From contig OZ246408.1 of the NCBI GenBank assembly GCA_965231015.1, forward strand, positions 857,908 through 921,907: a stretch of DNA of 64,000 nt, written 5' to 3'. A program made the translations under genes and the position numbers. A model generated the notes under the pieces. The model searched no databases and was not told the origin of the DNA. It saw only the letters and a list, made by a program, of their open reading frames with translations. This document shows, one piece after another, positions 56,663 to 64,000 of the stretch. This DNA is from an uncultured Gammaproteobacteria bacterium (GTDB lineage: Bacteria; Patescibacteriota; Patescibacteriia; UBA9934; CAZDDW01). Numbering within the stretch: position 1 is the first letter of the stretch; every line of letters begins with the position of its first letter.

Positions 56663-58192
56663 ATGGATCCAATTTTTGCCATAGCTGCTCTTGGGGGACT
56701 TTTGTTAGGGCTTATTGGTGGATACGCCATTCGCAAAACCGTAGCGAAGGGTAATTTGAATTCCGCTGAAGCCAAGGTAGACAAAATGCTGGCCGAGGGT
56801 AAAGCTAAATATCAGGAAGTTCTCCTAAAGGCTAAAGAAAAAGCCATTGCTATTATTGATGAGGCTAAAAAAGAAGAACGGGATCGCCGACGCGAACTTC
56901 AGGAAACTCAAAAGCGTTTAGAAAAACGTGAATCACTGTTTGATAAAAAAATTATCGAGGTTGAATCAAAGCAGGGTGAAATTGAGAAGAAAGCCAAACG
57001 AATTGAAGAAATCAAGACTCAAATTAAAGACTTGCACGCTCAAGAAATGGCCAAACTGCAAGAAGTAGCCGGCATGAGTCAGGACGATGCAGCCAAACGA
57101 CTTTTTGAACTGGTTGAAAAAGATCAGCAAGAAGCTCTGATGAGTCGAGTAAGAAAATTAGAACAAATGACTGAGGAGGAGCTAGAGCGCGAGAGCCGTA
57201 AACTGGTTTCCTTGGCCATCACTCGTTACGCTTCTTCCCAAGCTACTGATACCACCACCACATCTGTTGATCTACCAAGTGATGAGATGAAGGGTCGTAT
57301 CATTGGAAAAGAAGGTCGAAATATTAAAGCATTGGAACAATTAACCGGGTGCGAAATCATTGTGGATGACACTCCGGAGATGATCACTATCAGCGGTTTC
57401 TCCCCTATCCGTCGCCAGGTAGCCAAACGAGCTCTTGATATTTTGATCAAGGATGGGCGCATTCATCCGGCTCGCATTGAGGAAGCGGTTGGCGAGGCCA
57501 AAAAGAGTTTGGCACTCGATATCAAAAAGGCTGGTGAAGATGCACTGTATGAACTTGGCATCCCGGTTTCATCTATTGATCCGAAACTTGTGTCAATTCT
57601 GGGTCGTCTGCGCTTTAGAACTAGCTATGGACAAAACGTCTTGCAACACTCAATTGAGGTGGCTCAACTTTCAGCCTTGATTGGTGAGGAATTGGGAGCG
57701 GACGTGGCCATCTGTCGCAAAGGCGGATTGTTCCATGACGTTGGAAAAGCGGTTGATCATGACATGCAGGGAGCTCATCCTGAAATTGGTTATAACATCA
57801 TGAAAAAGTTTGGCCTTCCAGAAGAGATCTGCTATCAATCAATCGCCCACCACGAAGACCGACCAAAAACAATTGAAGGGGCTATCATTAAAGCCGCTGA
57901 CGCGATTTCCGGTGCTCGCCCAGGAGCTCGAAAACAGACACTGGAACAATTTATTCAACGCATGGAAGAGCTGGAACAAACTGCTAGTCAGTTCCCTGGA
58001 GTGGAAAAAGCCTACGCTATTCAAGCCGGACGCGAAATACGTGTCTTTGTGACTCCACAAGAAGTAGACGATTTTACTGCTTACAAGATGGCTAAGGAAA
58101 TTGCCAGTAAAATTGAATCTGAACTACAATACCCTGGAGAAGTTAAAGTGACTTTGATCCGAGAAACTCGAGTAGTTGAATATGCCAAATAA
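56663..58192 (+). CDS. rny: ribonuclease Y
   Basis: N-terminal TM anchor, coiled coil, KH domain (GRIIGKEGRNIK), HD domain (HSIEVA...HDVGK). Confidence 0.95.
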   Translation: MDPIFAIAALGGLLLGLIGGYAIRKTVAKGNLNSAEAKVDKMLAEGKAKYQEVLLKAKEKAIAIIDEAKKEERDRRRELQETQKRLEKRESLFDKKIIEVESKQGEIEKKAKRIEEIKTQIKDLHAQEMAKLQEVAGMSQDDAAKRLFELVEKDQQEALMSRVRKLEQMTEEELERESRKLVSLAITRYASSQATDTTTTSVDLPSDEMKGRIIGKEGRNIKALEQLTGCEIIVDDTPEMITISGFSPIRRQVAKRALDILIKDGRIHPARIEEAVGEAKKSLALDIKKAGEDALYELGIPVSSIDPKLVSILGRLRFRTSYGQNVLQHSIEVAQLSALIGEELGADVAICRKGGLFHDVGKAVDHDMQGAHPEIGYNIMKKFGLPEEICYQSIAHHEDRPKTIEGAIIKAADAISGARPGARKQTLEQFIQRMEELEQTASQFPGVEKAYAIQAGREIRVFVTPQEVDDFTAYKMAKEIASKIESELQYPGEVKVTLIRETRVVEYAK

Positions 58193-58976
58193 AACACTTC
58201 TCGTTTTTGGAGACATTATTGGCCGCCTTGGCCGGGAAACCCTCGCTCGCGAGCTTCCCGGCCTTTTGGCTGAACACAAACCGGATCTTGTTGTTGCCAA
58301 CGCGGAAAACTTGGCGCACGGCTTTGGGGTCACTAAAAAAATTATTGAAAAATTAAGAGATGCAGGGATAGACATTTTTACAAGCGGTAATCACATTTGG
58401 TCCAATCCCGGCTTTCAGGATTGTTTAGATGAACCTGAACTTGCTAAGCGTATAATCCGGCCACTCAATGACCTTTGCTCTGAAGGCCTGGGTTATACTG
58501 TAATTGAAAAAAATACTGATCGGTTTCTTATCATTAATTTATCCGGTACCGTCTTCATGAACCAGGAATATCCAAGCCCGTTTTATGCCGTTGACAAGGT
58601 ATTAAAAGATTTAAAGGACGAAAAATTTGATGCAATCCTGGTTGACTTTCACGCTGAGGCAACAAGTGAAAAAGCCGTGCTTGGACTTTACCTGGATGGA
58701 CGGGTGACCGGATTTTACGGCACACATACTCATGTTCCCACAGCAGATGAAAGAATCCTACCCCAAGGAACAGCTTTCATCACGGATATCGGCATGGTTG
58801 GAGTTCACAATGAAGCCATTGGTGGTCGTTATGATATGATTGTTGAAGAAATGAAAGATGGTAGATTGGGAAAATATGAAGTACCAGAAAAGGGTTCTGT
58901 AGAAATCAACGGACTTGTTGTTAAAGCTCAAGACGGGTTAGCCAAAGAGGTAAAAAGAATTCGCAAAATCGTATAA
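58182..58976 (+). CDS. ymdB: YmdB-like metallophosphoesterase (2',3'-cyclic-nucleotide phosphodiesterase family)
   Basis: LLVFGDIIGRLGRE...VVANAENLAHGFG...SGNHIW; conserved position after rny. Confidence 0.8.
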   Translation: MPNKTLLVFGDIIGRLGRETLARELPGLLAEHKPDLVVANAENLAHGFGVTKKIIEKLRDAGIDIFTSGNHIWSNPGFQDCLDEPELAKRIIRPLNDLCSEGLGYTVIEKNTDRFLIINLSGTVFMNQEYPSPFYAVDKVLKDLKDEKFDAILVDFHAEATSEKAVLGLYLDGRVTGFYGTHTHVPTADERILPQGTAFITDIGMVGVHNEAIGGRYDMIVEEMKDGRLGKYEVPEKGSVEINGLVVKAQDGLAKEVKRIRKIV

Positions 58977-59055
58977 TCCGCTAAGTCTTGCATAATTATC
59001 AGTATTCCGCTATAATAACACAAGAAATTAAAACTACACTTAATCCTTTTTCAAT

Positions 59056-59349
59056 ATGAACAAAGCAGAGCTTGCCGCGCGTATAGCCGACAAAACCAAT
59101 GTTCCCAAGAAAACGGCCGAAGAGTTTGTCGAGGCATTTCAAGAAATCGTCACCCGAACTCTCATGGAAGGGGGCGAAGTAACCATTGCCGGGTTTGGAA
59201 CCTTTTCTGCCCGCACCCGCAAAGGCCGCATTGGTGTAAATCCTCAAAATCCTTCAGAAAAAATTGAAATTCCACCGGTTGTTGTCCCGAAATTCAAAGC
59301 CGGTAAGGCACTTAAAGATTCTCTCAAGGGAAAGCGAGAAATCATATAA
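59056..59349 (+). CDS. hup: DNA-binding protein HU
   Basis: MNKAELAARIADKTNVPKKTAEEFVEAF...GFGTFSARTRKGRIGVNPQN. Confidence 0.95.
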   Translation: MNKAELAARIADKTNVPKKTAEEFVEAFQEIVTRTLMEGGEVTIAGFGTFSARTRKGRIGVNPQNPSEKIEIPPVVVPKFKAGKALKDSLKGKREII

Positions 59350-59411
59350 GCAGATAATTTAAAACGAGCCTCCAATTCGGAAGCTCGTTTTGATTTTACT
59401 GAAACCGTAAT

Positions 59412-59966
59412 CTATTCAGCACCGCGCATGGTTGCAAAAATCTCAGCAAAGTTCTCGACTTCGTATAAGAAGACGGAGAAGATTAGCAGTCCGTTTTTGT
59501 GTTCGTGCAAATAGTGGATTTTATTGTTACTGACAGAAGTTGTGTTTTCCATTTCAGTAACCATAAATCCGCCCTGATTTATTTTCTCTTCACGCAAAAT
59601 TTCTGTTCCACCGGCATATTCGTTATTAAGGGCGGCTTTAAATTCGTCCATGTTCATGCCTTCAGCAAAATACACAAAAACGATTGGATCATCTTTTTCT
59701 CCTCGAGTGGGATCAACCAATGACAAAATGAAACGCATCTCCTGGTCAAGATATTTGGTAGTGTCATCAATCTCCTTTTCTTTCAAATTATACATTCCCG
59801 GATATTGAAAAGAAAAACCAAACTCTTCATTGGAGTATGCCGGCCAAGTTGGAACTGTAGTGGCGGTCTCATACGGAGTTTCTTCCCCCTTACATCCTGC
59901 TCCCATCCCAACCACCAGGGCAAGAGCCGCGAAAGCCAAAACGACTTTTTTCATATTATTCTTCAT
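59412..59966 (-). CDS. putative lipoprotein
   Basis: signal peptide + lipobox VGMGAGC. Confidence 0.55.
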   Translation of the reverse strand: MKNNMKKVVLAFAALALVVGMGAGCKGEETPYETATTVPTWPAYSNEEFGFSFQYPGMYNLKEKEIDDTTKYLDQEMRFILSLVDPTRGEKDDPIVFVYFAEGMNMDEFKAALNNEYAGGTEILREEKINQGGFMVTEMENTTSVSNNKIHYLHEHKNGLLIFSVFLYEVENFAEIFATMRGAE

Positions 59967-61227
59967 TTAGATATGTTTCGATCTCACTTTCAAGATCGTT
60001 TAATTTAACTAGTCTGGTTTCATCACTACTTCGATACTTCCATTCAACTGAATCCTCAGCCAAAGTCTTTTCTGAGACAACGAGTCGTAGTGGGATTCCG
60101 ATCAAATCAGCGTCAGCAAACTTAGCCCCGGCCGAGGTGTCCCGCTCGTCCCACAGTACCTCGACTCCTTCTTCTTCCAAGTCATCGTGCAAAGCGCTGG
60201 CCACTTCTTCGATCCGACCTTGAACTGTTTCATCTTTCGAACTCAAAGTCACAATCTCAATATCAAATGGGGCCACGGTCTTTGGCCACACTATTCCCTT
60301 TTCATCATGATGGACCTCAGTGATTGACCCAACCAAACGAGAAATACCGATTCCATAACAACCCATGATAAGCCGGATTGGTTTTCCATCTTCACCTGCC
60401 ACATCAAAGTTAGTAGCATCAGTGTATTTTGTTTCGAGTGGAAAAATATTACCGACCTCAATAGATTTAATAGCCTCGATTTTTCCCTTGCCGCAACTTG
60501 GGCACTTATCACCATTTTCGTGTTCAACTAACTCCTTATTCTTGGCGTAATCACATGAATCACACCCAAAGACAATATCTTCTCCGTATGGAGTCGCAAC
60601 CTGAAACTCGTGTGTTACAAGATCAGTGAACGACCCTCCGCCCGCTTCAACAATTCTGGCATCCAACCCACATCGGTCAAATACATTCAAATACGCTTCT
60701 TTAGACTTTTCGTAATAATCTTCAAAGTCGGCTTCATTAAGATGGAAGCTATACATATCTTTCATAACAAACTCTCGACCTCGAAGCAGACCAGACTTTG
60801 CCCGGGCTTCATTTCGAAACTTTGTCTGAATCTGATACATGGATACAGGAAAATCTTTGTAAGATTTTACATATGTCTTAACAAGAGGTGTAACAACTTC
60901 TTCATGAGACCAGCCGAGGGCATAGTCCTTTTTTCCGTATCCTTCGGTTTTGAAAGCAACTTCTTCCTCCCATCGTCCGGTTCGTTCCCATTCAGATTTA
61001 GGGATTAGGGCTGGCATTAAAATTTCCTGGCCGTCAATGGCATCCATTTCATCACGGACAATATCTTTAACTCGTTCGAGCACACGAAGTCCGAGCGGAA
61101 GGTAGGTATAAATCCCAGCCGCAAGTTGATTAATAAATCCTCCCTGAAGCAGAAGTCTGGCGTTAGCTGAATTTGCGTCAGTTGGCTTCATTTTATTAGT
61201 TTTTCCGAAAAGTTTTGAGTATTTCAT
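59956..61227 (-). CDS. proS: prolyl-tRNA synthetase (short bacterial type lacking editing insertion)
   Basis: class II aaRS motifs (FRNEARAKSGLLRGREFVMKDMYSF; GCYGIGISR). Confidence 0.9.
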   Translation of the reverse strand: MKYSKLFGKTNKMKPTDANSANARLLLQGGFINQLAAGIYTYLPLGLRVLERVKDIVRDEMDAIDGQEILMPALIPKSEWERTGRWEEEVAFKTEGYGKKDYALGWSHEEVVTPLVKTYVKSYKDFPVSMYQIQTKFRNEARAKSGLLRGREFVMKDMYSFHLNEADFEDYYEKSKEAYLNVFDRCGLDARIVEAGGGSFTDLVTHEFQVATPYGEDIVFGCDSCDYAKNKELVEHENGDKCPSCGKGKIEAIKSIEVGNIFPLETKYTDATNFDVAGEDGKPIRLIMGCYGIGISRLVGSITEVHHDEKGIVWPKTVAPFDIEIVTLSSKDETVQGRIEEVASALHDDLEEEGVEVLWDERDTSAGAKFADADLIGIPLRLVVSEKTLAEDSVEWKYRSSDETRLVKLNDLESEIETYLNEE

Positions 61228-61296
61228 ACGCGGCTATACTACCAAAATCAGGACTCGGCGGCAAGCCCGGCAGAGCCGGGTCTGGCTTCGCCAGAC

Positions 61297-61324
61297 AAAA
61301 AATCCGTTTTTTGAACGGATTTTT
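61297..61324 (-). terminator. rho-independent terminator downstream of tRNA-Arg
   Basis: AAAAAAUCCGUU-loop-AACGGAUUUUUU on minus strand. Confidence 0.65.
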
Positions 61325-61401
61325 TGGTACAGGCGGAAGGATTCGAACCCTCGGCCTTCTGGTCCGAAGCCAGACGCTCTATCCAGCTGAGCTACGCCTG
61401 C
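61325..61401 (-). tRNA. tRNA-Arg (anticodon UCG), CCA encoded
   Basis: GCAGGCG acceptor, D-arm GCUC-AGCUGGAUA-GAGC, anticodon loop CUUCGGA, T-arm GAGGG-UUCGAAU-CCUUC. Confidence 0.85.
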
Positions 61402-61677
61402 ATGGTTTCCAGTTTCGATCTTCGGAATCGATTAATTTGAGCCTATCCCAATTCTTTTTTGAGGATTAATTTCATAAATTCGAGCAGATTGATTCAAATA
61501 ATTTTTGAGTCAATACAATTGTATTGGTGAGAAAATTTTTGGATCAAGATGCAAAATTTTGGAATTCAGACCAAAAACGGAATTTGGGAATAGGTTCAAT
61601 TTGTAGCCGCAGTATAGCGAAGATATTGACATTTGTCAACCAATCAGGTATATTCGTGGCACGCAAGGACAAATATT

Positions 61678-61755
61678 GCCCTGTTAGCTCAGCCTGGTTA
61701 GAGCAGTTGCCTCTTAAGCAAACGGTCGTAGGTTCAAATCCTACACAGGGCACCA
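61678..61755 (+). tRNA. tRNA-Lys (anticodon CUU), CCA encoded
   Basis: GCCCUGU acceptor, D-arm GCUC-AGCCUGGUUA-GAGC, anticodon loop CUCUUAA, T-arm GUAGG-UUCAAAU-CCUAC, ACAGGGC-A-CCA. Confidence 0.85.
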
Positions 61756-61788
61756 AAAAACCACGGGTTTATTCCCGCGGTTTTTTTC
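61756..61788 (+). terminator. rho-independent terminator after tRNA-Lys
   Basis: AAAAAACCACGGG-UUUAUU-CCCGCGGUUUUUUU. Confidence 0.6.
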
Positions 61789-62347
61789 TTGTCCCGTTTG
61801 GCGGGATGTTTGTTCTCGAATACACACAACCGCAATACTCTTGCCGGTATACGTCGAATTCTTTTGCGAGTAACTGAGACAGGTCTTCTCCTCCACCTTT
61901 CTTCCAATCTCGATCCACAAACTCGATCCCATACTCTTGGGCCGCTTCGAACCCGATCGGATTTACCTTGGTAGCCGACTTTCGTCGACCGACCGTGAGC
62001 GTGGTCGCAAACGCGTCGTATCCGTGTTCAGAAGCGTAACATGCGGTGGTACCGAGCCGGTGACTAAAACAGAGACTGCATCGATTTTCACCCTCTCGAT
62101 CCGAAGCATGACCCCGAACCGCTTCGAACCAACCCTGCGGATTATATTCTACTTCGATCAAAACCAGATCAAGCTCACGTGCCATTTCTCGAACCGATTC
62201 CAACCGTCGGACATACTCCTCTTTCGGATGGATGTTTGGATTAAAATAAAAAAGGTCAAGGTCATAATCATGCACCAACCTCCTGGGCACCCATGATCCA
62301 CAGGTGCCACAACAAACATGTAATAACAGCTTTGGTTTCATTACCAA
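61769..62347 (-). CDS. queH: epoxyqueuosine reductase QueH (DUF208 family)
   Basis: N-terminal KLLLHVCCGTCGS Cys cluster typical of QueH. Confidence 0.7.
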   Translation of the reverse strand: MVMKPKLLLHVCCGTCGSWVPRRLVHDYDLDLFYFNPNIHPKEEYVRRLESVREMARELDLVLIEVEYNPQGWFEAVRGHASDREGENRCSLCFSHRLGTTACYASEHGYDAFATTLTVGRRKSATKVNPIGFEAAQEYGIEFVDRDWKKGGGEDLSQLLAKEFDVYRQEYCGCVYSRTNIPPNGTRKKPRE

Positions 62348-63036
62348 CCCTTCTTTTCAATGGCATTCGCGGCCGCATCAACTTGTGCCTCATGTTTACT
62401 AGTCCCCTCTCCTTCAGCCACGAGCTCCTTTCCAAGATATACTCCAACCACAAATTTTTTATTATGATCCGGTCCGGTTTCTTCCATAACCTTATAACTT
62501 GGAGTAACCCCGAATTTGTCCTGAGCCGCTTCCTGAAAACGGCTTTTTGGATCAATATATAATTTTTGCTCCAAAACCCTGGGCAACTCTGACAAAATTG
62601 TGCGTCCGATAAAATCTTTTGACACGTCCCAGCCATGATCAACATAAATGGCTCCAATTATCGCCTCAAGAGCATTGGCCAAAATGTAACGCCTGGCTTT
62701 GGTGCTTGTATCCTTGGCCTCCCCCTTAGACAAATACATATATTCGTTCACGCCTAAGTTGTTGCAAACATCGGCACACATTTCCGCGTTTACAAGAGCC
62801 GCTCGCCAATTAGTTAACTCTCCTTCGGGATTATCATAATTATCATAAAGATGCTCGGTTACCACGAGCTCTAAAACCGCGTCTCCTAAGAACTCGAGAC
62901 GCTCATTGTGCCCCAAATGAAAACTTGGGTGTTCATTGATATATGAACGATGAACAAGCGCTTGGCGCAGCGTATCCTTATCCTGAAACGTCACACCGAG
63001 AGCTTCTTCCAACGCACTTAGATCTTTTTCTGACAT
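62341..63036 (-). CDS. rnc: ribonuclease III
   Basis: ERLEFLGDAVLELVVTEHLY catalytic signature; C-terminal dsRBD. Confidence 0.95.
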   Translation of the reverse strand: MSEKDLSALEEALGVTFQDKDTLRQALVHRSYINEHPSFHLGHNERLEFLGDAVLELVVTEHLYDNYDNPEGELTNWRAALVNAEMCADVCNNLGVNEYMYLSKGEAKDTSTKARRYILANALEAIIGAIYVDHGWDVSKDFIGRTILSELPRVLEQKLYIDPKSRFQEAAQDKFGVTPSYKVMEETGPDHNKKFVVGVYLGKELVAEGEGTSKHEAQVDAAANAIEKKGW

Positions 63037-63066
63037 GTGATTTGGTTAATGATAGATAAATAATGG

Positions 63067-63573
63067 TTAATTGGACTCCTTTGGATCTCCTGAGTCTTTT
63101 GAATCCTTTGTCTCCTTTTTCTTAGGCGGCTCCTTATCTACTTTCTTTTCTTCTCCATTCTTTAACATGTCTTTATAAATTGCTCCGAGTACCCCATTTA
63201 TGAAACGTCCTGAAGCCTCACCACCGAAACTCTTTCCAAGCTCAATCGCTTCATTGATCGCCACCTTGCTAGGTACGTTTTCTGAAAATTTGAGTTCATA
63301 TGTTCCAAGTCGCAAAATATTTCGATCAATCGTCGTAATAGTTTCAAGTGGCCAGTCCGGAGCAAATTGTGTAATCAAACTGTCGATCTCATCTTGGTTA
63401 TTTAAAACTCCCTCGACCAATTCCATAATAAAACCGCCGTCGTCAAACTGCGGAGCAAATTCTTGTTTATTGTTCTCTACAAATTCTGGGATTCGATCTG
63501 TTGGTTGTTCCAAAAAATCCCACTGATATAAAGATTGAAGGGCAATGTTTCGGGCAAGGTGTCGATTGGACAT
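63067..63573 (-). CDS. nusB: transcription antitermination factor NusB with K/E-rich C-terminal extension
   Basis: MSNRHLARNIALQSLYQWDF N-terminus. Confidence 0.85.
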   Translation of the reverse strand: MSNRHLARNIALQSLYQWDFLEQPTDRIPEFVENNKQEFAPQFDDGGFIMELVEGVLNNQDEIDSLITQFAPDWPLETITTIDRNILRLGTYELKFSENVPSKVAINEAIELGKSFGGEASGRFINGVLGAIYKDMLKNGEEKKVDKEPPKKKETKDSKDSGDPKESN

Positions 63574-63637
63574 AAATGTACGTAAGAACTAAGGGGCTTA
63601 TTGATTAAAGGATACCACAGAAAGCTAAAACCGGGAA

Positions 63638-63949
63638 TTACTTCCCCGGCTTGTCAGCTTTGGTATTGGCTGCTTGATTAACCTGAGCTTTTTTCTCTGC
63701 CTCAGCACTAGCGGTCTCAATGTCAGCTGGAGCTTCGGCTTTGGCCTCGCGGCGCATCGCTCGTTCGGCTTCTCGACTGGTATCCACTACCTGCTTTTTA
63801 CTGTAAAAACCACAGTTTTCACAAGCGTGGTGTGGCTGCACCGGCTTATCACACTTAGGACAACTTGTAATAGTAGCTGAACTAAGAGCGTGATGGGCCC
63901 GGCGACGGCGGGTTTTTCCATGAGTTTGTCGTCTTACAGGTACGGACAT
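63638..63949 (-). CDS. rpmF: 50S ribosomal protein L32 with C-terminal extension
   Basis: MSVPVRRQTHGKTRRRRAHHAL...CPKC...CENCGFY. Confidence 0.85.
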   Translation of the reverse strand: MSVPVRRQTHGKTRRRRAHHALSSATITSCPKCDKPVQPHHACENCGFYSKKQVVDTSREAERAMRREAKAEAPADIETASAEAEKKAQVNQAANTKADKPGK

Positions 63950-64000
63950 ACAAATTGATTCAAATTATTGTGGCAGAATAGTATCAATTTAGCTAAATTT

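Overview
This 64-kb window comes from a moderate-GC (~40-45%) bacterial genome with a reduced ribosomal-protein set. rpsE is followed directly by rplO with no L30 gene, S14 is the type-Z form, and S5, L22, L23, S10, NusB and L32 carry Lys/Glu-rich extensions. These traits are consistent with a Patescibacteria/CPR-like organism, but that is an inference.

Main content:
- Ribosomal superoperon. The minus strand carries a near-complete str/S10/spc/secY/adk/map cluster (rpsL-rpsG-fusA ... tuf-rpsJ-rplC ... rplO-secY-adk-map). Downstream lie ruvX, recO, an ArsR regulator and a GATase1 gene.
- Type I R-M locus. The left edge is a locus with extra embedded genes: Fic-like, hsdM, small wHTH/TM ORF, hsdS, TM ORF, hsdR (partial). 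A divergent DUF2130-like coiled-coil/nuclease-like gene sits next to it, driven from overlapping face-to-face promoters.
- GC-rich islands. Three sharply GC-rich (~55-65%) islands lie at ~7.3-10.95 kb, ~28.5-32.1 kb and ~38.6-41.5 kb. The second sits exactly between fusA and tuf and splits the str operon, with a terminator after fusA and a new promoter for tuf. They encode small membrane-anchored or coiled-coil proteins, an HD (SpoT-like) hydrolase and two ATP-grasp-like proteins.
- RNA genes. Two GC-rich intergenic structured-RNA candidates, each with a promoter and an intrinsic terminator (37.14-37.44 kb and 55.05-55.34 kb, class unresolved). Three tRNAs are present, one carrying a ~28-nt insertion in the anticodon loop.
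- Repeats. A recurring (GACGTGC)n heptamer-repeat plus hairpin module at three loci, always in transcript sense.
- Remaining genes. ndk, comEC, a nucleotide-sugar dehydrogenase, an MFS transporter, leuS, gdh, trxB/trxA, infB, truB, rny-ymdB, hup, proS, queH, rnc, nusB and rpmF.

No CRISPR array, rRNA gene, transposase or integrase was seen.
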